Shown: piece after piece, positions 56,630-64,000 of the stretch | How the letters are laid out: each line of letters starts with the position of its first letter | Numbering within the stretch: the first letter of the stretch is position 1 | Assembly (NCBI GenBank): GCA_949358305.1 | Contig: OX442314.1 | Location: 25,606,001 to 25,670,000, forward strand | From: Strigamia acuminata | Lineage: Eukaryota | DNA length: 64,000 nucleotides | Reading direction: 5' to 3' | Translations under genes and position numbers: made by a program | Notes under the pieces: model-generated | What the model was told of the DNA's origin: nothing | The model's input: only the letters and a program-made list of their open reading frames with translations | Database searches by the model: none

Positions 56630-58247
56630 TGTGACGGTTATAAAACCGTAATAATTAATGTTCACACTAGATGGCGCTGTCTGCTCGACGCGCGTAGTTT
56701 AAATACGAAGTTTCAGAGTTTTAATGATTATTAAAACTCCGTGAGTAATTATATTATTGTTTAACTTTACTAAAGTATTGTTTCACAAGTTATTGATTCT
56801 AAAGAATCAATATTATGTGTTATACTCACCTGATGAAGAGAGCCAATAAGACTCTTCGGGACCCAGTCCAATATTAGGTCCGTCCTCGTTACCTACGAAT
56901 CCTAGATTCGAGTGTCCGATTGGACACGGTTAATCCTATAATCCTAAAGGACTATATAAGCTTGGGTTTCTAACCCGCGCTCCGGCTTGACTTGATTTAA
57001 TAATTTGAACACTGTGTTTGTATGTATTGTTGGTTATCGTTTGATTTCTCTCTTTCTTATCGACACATCAGGCCCCCTCGTCTCTCATCAAATATGTATT
57101 CTTACAGATTATGATATTGTTCGTTGTAGCGTTTATCCGGGAAGACTAACTCCGGTCACCAAATGGTCCCGTAACGTTAGCTTGACATCTTACGAGATTG
57201 ATAGACTTCGTACGGTGACATATTATAATGTCTGTAAACAGTGGGCCTTGCCAATTGGAAGTGGGTCCATCAACCAACTATTTCAACTGGAAATATGGGT
57301 GGTTGATGTAAAAGGCAAACTCAGGATCAGTTAATAAGTTAACTTGTGGTTCTTCTGTGTTTTAAGGCATTTATGTCTGCAGTCAGTAAGGCTGATTACT
57401 CAGGGTCGGTCGCATACGGCAGCCCTTGGTCCTTCCGTTCTTGGTGGCATCCGTTGTGTCACCAGCCGCTGAAACATCTACTCGGGTCCATGTTACTCGT
57501 GACCTAGGGTAACTTGTTGGTCCTTCTGTGGCACTTGATGGTATCATCGGTAGTCAGTGAAGGGCATATTTACAGGCGATACACCGGGTTGGTAGCCCGT
57601 GAGCAATGTGTTAACATTGCGCTGAATAAATACTTGAGTGTTGGTAATCTCACAAACGTTTACCCGGTGGTTATGGTACCACCGATAGCGACTCTGTCGT
57701 GCACAAACAAATACCCGGCGCCTGGTCACGAGATCTTGTCGTCGTAAGGCATGCTGGCGGATGGAGCCTCAACAACTCCCGCGATGATTCTCTCAATCGT
57801 CGTGACTGTCCCCGCCCATATAATAATAATATAACAATTAATCGTTATATTCAAATAATAAATGTTTAGTGAATATTCTACCGAATATTCTCGTTTTACA
57901 TGCGAAGGACTCTTCGCACTATCAGGTATTCAAGCCACGGAACCCTGTACGTCTCCGTAGCGTTAGTTGTGACGATGCCGCAAAGACAACCGCACCCATC
58001 GCGCATCGCCCGGATCCTCAACCAGCTGTTGCCGCCCGTTATACGAGCGTAGAACCCAGATCTAGTCAGATCTCGCAATAAAACTATGTAAAACTGTAAG
58101 TTGTATATTTGTTCTATTATTTATTCACATGATATTTATTTTGTAACTTATCTCGGTTGGGTTGTTGCTAGTCTTAGCAACGTCTTGTTTAAACCGATTT
58201 ATATCTCTTATCTGGCTAATAAATCAGCCAAAAGTAGAATCGTCACA
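56630..58247. mobile_element. Probable solo LTR (1618 bp)
   Basis: TGTGACG...CGTCACA ends, 4-bp TSD ACGT, no retroelement ORF, AATAAA at ~58077. Confidence 0.7.
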
Positions 58248-58679
58248 ACGTGTCTTAAAAAATGGCAAAAATTGATACGTAAATGTTACGTATCGTTAAA
58301 AAAAAGACACAAATCGCAGTTTTTTCCCAGAAAAATGGCGATTTATGCATTTATAAACCAATTTTCGGGAAATATGCAATAAAAGCTAATTTCAACTTTT
58401 TATTGAATATAAATATATTGTATGCATTTATGCATTTATCCGGGGTCTAATCCTCACTTTTTCCATTGTAGCAATATGTTTGAATAGACTATAGATATTT
58501 GGCATTAAGTTTTTAGTCATATGTGGGTAAAAATTAGTCACATCACAAAAAGGGTGAATAATTATTTTGCTACACAAATTCAAAATTTTGTTATAACTAG
58601 AGTTCTGCACATGTTAAAAGGCTGGAACTTAAGATTTTTTGCCATTTATTCAACACCTGAACTCCCAAGTACTGTATAT

Positions 58680-59900
58680 TTATTTATTCATATATTTATT
58701 GAAATAACACTCCGGTAGAGTAAATACAAGATAAGAATTAAACAGTTTTTTGTTGGTTGAGGAGGTAGTTGCCCATTCGTTTGTGTAAGTGCCGGCAGTG
58801 GAAGCGGCAACAGGACGCTGTGCAGTCGAACATCGATGATCTCAAGTTGCTTGGGAGAACGTTCCAGAAGGGGGTACACCAATAAGGGAACGTGTTGCTC
58901 ATGTAGGTGGACTGCCGAGTGGTGACTTCAAAACGATGGCGACGAGGCAGGCGAGCGTAGACATCTGACTGGTAATGTGTGGCGATTTTATGGGCTGGAT
59001 GGTCCACATTTCGGACACCATCAGCAATTGCTGTGATGTTGTGAAGGCGGAGAAAGTTATCCAAATTCAGAAGGTCGAATTCGTTACATAGTGGAGTGAT
59101 GTGATTACGGCCGGGACGGTTGAACGCGACTCGAATAATGGCATTATATGCAGTTGCAAGCGGAACCTTGAATCTGCGAGCGGTGGAGTTCCAATATTGG
59201 GAAGCGTAGGTAATAGTAGGGTGAATCTTCGTCTTTATGTAAGTGATCATTTCTGGTCTCAACAGTATCTTTCTGAGGTGTTTAATGATAAATAACGACC
59301 GGGTGAGAAATCTGACAATATGGCGGATATGGGGTGCGAAAGTTAAATGGGGGTCAAGGATGAGCCCCCGGACAGTGATTTGTTCGCTAGAATAAGAAGT
59401 CACTGCTCTCAAGGGTCTCCTAAATATAATAGTCTTAGTCTTGTTTTGGTTGAGAGTCATGTCATGGGCCACGTACCAATCAGCCAGTGACGCAAGGTCC
59501 GGAGTGAACTGTGTTTGGACGGGGAGTTCATGGTCGATGGTGATGGACTGGGTCAAGAAGTTATCATCAACATAAGACCAAATACGGGACACTAGTGGGA
59601 GGGACAGAACAGGCTCTGCTACCGAGTTGTACAGCATAGTACCGGTGGTGGTGCCCTGTACGACGCCACGTGTGATGGGGAAGTCAATTTGGGCCGGATC
59701 GGAGGTGACATGAAAGGTCCGGTCAGATAGATAAGAGGAAAAAAGCTTAACTGGTTCGGGGCCGATGGAATGGTCCCGGAGGCTATTTAAGACGTAATCC
59801 TGAGGGGGGGTGTCAAATGCCTTTGACACATCAGTTTTAGCCAGATTGAGTGTGTTAGCTTGATCACATGAGTGAGTGATGTAAAGGTACAGGGAAACGA
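58680..59900 (-). mobile_element. 5'-truncated non-LTR retrotransposon (LINE) RT fragment
   Basis: ORF 58738-59829 with D(V)SKAFD, GVVQG, YVDD, LNQNKTK and GLILD motifs; short 3' UTR ending in AATAAATAAAT. Confidence 0.88.
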
Positions 59901-60949
59901 AACTTTAGCATTGAAGCATTATTGTGTCGTACTATAACATGTTATAGTTATGACTTGATTCGTCAACAGTTGTGCTCGCCAAGATTTTTTGAAAAATAGT
60001 GATTGTCTACCTCTTTACATAGCTCCATTACGCCTTTTTTTAAGGGCCTTGGAGACCCATACATCCAATTTAGAAAAGTTTCCTGGGATATAGACGGTCT
60101 CAAATCTGTTTTAGTTTTTAATTTTATCTCATTCTGTTTACAAGTTATGAGATATATTGTAAATTGTCACTTTTTGGAGTTTTTAATTTTTTTCTCTTTA
60201 ACTATTCATTTTTTTCCAAAAAACTTTTAACGAAATGATAGCTCTAATAATCCTTTAAATCCTCCTAAAACCATTTTTACTTGTGAGAAATAGTTTCTGA
60301 GAAATTTCAAATATTAAAAGTTTCAAAAATAGGAATATGCCATTTTTTTGGCAAGGAGTTGTATATTTTTATAATATAAAATTTTAATTTTAATTTTAAT
60401 GTTTTTTTATATGGATTATAATTACGAACTAATTATAATTAAACTATAATGATCAAAGAATCAATAAATTGAAACTATTAAAGCCAGATTGTAATTAGCG
60501 TTATTTGTGCCACGAAAATAATTCACCTGCATTAGAATTAAGTACAGTAATTAAAATATTCAGCTATAAATGTCGGTAGTCAAAAGTTGCGTGTCATTCA
60601 GTTCCATCTTGACAATTCATCATCAATGCTCCTGAATAACTTTGGTAAGCATAAATAGTCATGTCTAGTATTATTTTATTTTAGGCCTACTCTGATTTCT
60701 TTTAAATTCTATTACTGCGTTAACTTTTTAGTGTAAAAAAACAAACCTTTGATACACGTTTTCAAAAGAGCGTACTTACATCAGACTTTATTGATTTTTT
60801 GCATTAGAATTAGAAAGAGTCCAACAATCTCAAATTTTATTTTATTTTTTAAATTTAAAAACAAAAAAAGCAAAAAGTGACTGGTTAATAAAGCCGTTAG
60901 TTAGTTAGGACATAGAGTAAAGACAGTAAGAGCTGTCACTCTCTGTGGG

Positions 60950-62407
60950 GCCTTTGAAACATTTTACTCCGTTGGGACATTCTGTTGACAAATTTCCTGG
61001 TTCGTGACACTTAAAACATTTCAGCTCGTTTGTACAATCCGCTCTTTGGTGTTTTTCCTCGCCACATTTGAAGCATTTCAATCCTGCGTCGTATCCTTTG
61101 CCAGTTGGCTTTGCTGCAAGCGTCTTCCCTTTCGTCTAGAATAACGCGCTTTTTATCCGATCTTCAACTTCTTGCATCGTCTCGACTATCTCGCTGATGT
61201 GTTGGTATTTTTGAAAATACATCGGTGTCGCTGCTGTCTTAATTTTCAGTCTATATACAGTAACTCTTCGCATCTTTGATTGTCATTCCCAAGTTTTCGC
61301 ATGTCGCCCATTTTCGTCGCAAATAAGTCTCGGCGGCTTCGTCGTTCGTTTGCCGTGCTTGTAATAAGCGTTCCCTATCTTTATACGTAAGTTGTCGTTC
61401 TGGAAAGTTTTTCTTCAACTCATTCGCCCATTCGTCAAACTTCCGTATCGTCGTTCCTGTGTTATCGTGCCATACTTTCGCCGGTCTGTCTAATGCCGCT
61501 GCCGCTGTCGTCACTTTGGTCATGTTCGTCCACTTATAATTATAATCTTATGCGTATTCATGAACGTTTCCCAACCATTGAGTCGTCGTACGTAGCTCGT
61601 TCCGGTCGCCCGAAAATCGTGGTAATTTTGGCGCGTTCTTGACTTCTTTCGGCTCTTTTTGCATCAGCTGTTTAAAGATCGCCGCCATTTGTTCCGTACT
61701 AAACATCCCGTTCGCTGGTTGTCCGTTTACTGCGCGTCTTTCGACGTCGTTTTGTTCTTTGATCGATTCGTTATTGACTTCTTCATCTTCTTCTTCATAT
61801 TCTTCTTCGACTCCCATTTCCGCACGTAACGTTTGTTGCAACAGATACTGCATTTGAAACTTTAACTTCGGTGACACAATATTACGCGCAAGTAATAGTG
61901 GCTTAATCTCTTTTACTCTCAACTTATTCCATTCAGCATCGGTTGAAAGTTCTCCACGTCGGATCTTTGCTACGATTGCTTCTCTTCCGGCCACCTCGTA
62001 ATTCGGTTCAACCTTCTTAAAACACGTGTTTGTTCCAGCAAATCGTCTTCTTTAGATCTCTGAACGGTCCACTTGTTTTATCGTTGTCTCCGAACGTTTC
62101 CGTCACAAAAGCAATTGTCTTCTCGTTTTATACTTCAATCGTTTCGTCTACTTATTCGTCTTTAGTTCGCATGAATTTGTTGTATCCCACTTCTGATGTA
62201 AACTATCTTAAATCTAAGAGTAGCTGACTTGAAAATAACATAACATGCACGCTGCTTAGTTTAAATTCAAGATCTTTATTCTAATTTCAACACGAAAAGA
62301 AACGCTCCTATTGGCTAATTACAAATACGTTATCAAGACCTTTTCGTCTCGATCCCTTTCTCGTTCTCGTGTTCGTTTCGTGTTTCTCGGAAACCCGAAA
62401 GTTCACA
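60950..62407 (-). mobile_element. Truncated, degenerate Gypsy element (5' LTR 62407-62197, PBS, broken gag)
   Basis: LTR TGTGAAC...GTTTACA followed by TCAGAAGTGGGAT; gag pieces 61548-61994 and 61251-61523; knuckles CFKCGEEKHQRADC and CFKCHEPGNLSTEC; no pol. Confidence 0.8.
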
Positions 62408-62702
62408 GAATGCTAAAAACAATGACGGCTATTCGTTTCAGAATTTCATAAAGGGGTAAATAAATTTTTTTAAATACTTTACGACCGCAAACATTCGATT
62501 GAATAGCATAAATAGTTTTTGCTTGAGTTTGTGATATTTCTCATTTTTCTCACAAAAAATAAATTCGTACAAAAATTAAACCAATGTAATTTTATAAGTT
62601 CAACCATCAACTATATCAGTTATTGATAAAATCATAAAAGCAATTACCGATAACACACAGCCTTAGGCAGCCAGACTACAATATCTCACTGATGATATAA
62701 GA

Positions 62703-63262
62703 ATGGAACCAAAAAGTTACACAAACATCATGTTTGAATACTATCAAAGCATTATTTTGATAGCAATCATAACTATATTGCTATATTTAAAACCACGAAA
62801 AAATTTACCACCGGGACCATGCGGATTGCCAATAGTTGGATATCTCCCATTCTTAAAACAACCGTCTTATAAAGCGGTCACGAAATTGGGAAAAAAGTAT
62901 GGAAATGTCGTTAGGTAAATATTAGCAAATAAAAATTTATTAGGAACTTTTTAAAAATATTTGTATAGTTTCTATTTAGGGAATGTGTTGGTGATTGTGT
63001 TGAATGATTACAATGCCATCAAAGAAGCTTTCGTAAAGCAGGGAAACATATTTTCTGGGAAACCCAAAGTTCATATTTTTCGTTTTAGTAAAACTGCTAA
63101 GGGTAATATTTTGTGTTGACTTTCTGCACAGTTGATTTTATAATTTTGGTTTCAGGTCTAATGAATGCAGAAGGTGAAACAGCGAGTCAGCATCGACGTT
63201 TCATTCTTTCAAGTTTCAGAGAAGTTGGAATGGGTAAAACGAGTCTCGAGCCACAATTAATG
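62703..63262 (+). CDS. Cytochrome P450 gene 3, exons 1-3 only (62703-62914, 62969-63102, 63156-63262); continues past the window
   Basis: Close paralogue of gene 2 exons 1-3 with the same junctions; PPGPC in place of PPGPW. Confidence 0.88.
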
Positions 63263-63699
63263 GTACATGTTTACATAAAACATTTTCTACTTATGAAACA
63301 GTCAAATTTGAAATCACCAATCACGTGTCAAAAAAATATGAAATTGTGAACTTTATCAAGTCATCAGATTAGCAAACAGGAGTATCTACGATAATTGATT
63401 TTACTTTCAAAACAAGGCGAATAAACTACACTTTAGATTTTTCAATGACGTACTTGCTGCCCTCAAATTGCTTGTTTAAACATAGTAACTTGTAACCCTC
63501 CCCGTTAAAGCTGAAGATCTGTCTTGATGAAAGTAGTAACATTTGTGTGGTAATGTTTGCATACCCTGAATTAAAATTGAAGTAGTTTGATGACTGGTGA
63601 TTTGAATACGGCATTCAATTCAGATAGCACATATAGGTTTGCCAGAGAAACCTGATGCTTTTAAAATTTTCGGGTACCCGTTCCAACAGCGAATCATCT

Positions 63700-63970
63700 A
63701 AGGGCGAATTTCCAAAATTTGCCATTGGAAAGCTATTTTAACGTATCCAATGGCGAATCTGGGAAAATTCGCCATTGGAAACGTATATATTGAAATTCGC
63801 CATTGGAAACGTTAATTGCGTTTCCAATGGCGAATCTGTGGGCGTCATCTACCACGACTTCCAATTCATGTCGCCCTAGATGTGCGCCTCTGTGGCTAAT
63901 TTCTACCAATTCGCCATTAGAAAGGTCCAAATACGTTCCCAATGGCGAATTGGGAGAAATTTGCCATTGA
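63700..63970. repeat. MITE-like array of TTCGCCATTGGAA motifs in both orientations
   Basis: Repeated AATTCGCCATTGGAAACG and TCCAATGGCGAAT in P450 gene 3 intron 3; ends not defined. Confidence 0.55.
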
Positions 63971-64000
63971 GACTGCTTTTGGACAGAATAAGATCGAAAT

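Larger units (their letters stand above)
51374..58449. mobile_element. hAT-family non-autonomous element containing Copia D and a solo LTR
   Basis: TIR TAGACCCCGGATA / TATCCGGGGTCTA; 8-bp TSD ATCCTCAC; subterminal TATGCA motifs. Confidence 0.85.

Noticed and set aside
57005..58081. ORFs inside the solo-LTR-like element
   Set aside because: Short, with non-ATG starts and no recognisable domains.
22403..63262. Specific CYP names or species assignment
   Set aside because: The motifs support clan-2-like P450s only; naming needs database comparison.

Overview
AT-rich invertebrate (probably arthropod) genomic DNA with short GT-AG introns. Host genes: a 5-exon claudin/PMP22-like gene (2082-5920 +), two small secreted-protein genes (7149-7632 - and 7914-8487 -), and a tandem cluster of three clan-2-like cytochrome P450 genes (22403-30578, 31634-50604, 62703 to beyond the window end). 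More than half of the window is transposable elements. Four LTR retrotransposons have LTR pairs that look identical by eye and intact TSDs: Gypsy A 9252-22122, Mag-like Gypsy B 23694-28483, Gypsy-derived element C 32535-45038 and Copia D 51498-56423. There are also a solo LTR, a truncated Gypsy, a LINE fragment and many nested MITEs (piggyBac-, Harbinger-, hAT-, Kolobok-, Tc1- and P-like). The most unusual signal is a pair of related ~12.5 kb Gypsy-lineage elements with tRNA-Pro-like primer sites. Element A looks autonomous, with gag, a -1 frameshift into pol, and a large, apparently spliced ORF3 that is not env-like. Element C has no gag. It keeps a ~970-codon open pol-like ORF in which the protease site survives, but one RT and three RNase H catalytic aspartates are substituted and the integrase core is missing. 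It also carries a degenerate accessory gene with a DnaJ-type CxxCxGxG zinc finger. All coordinates were read by eye; no database searches were run.
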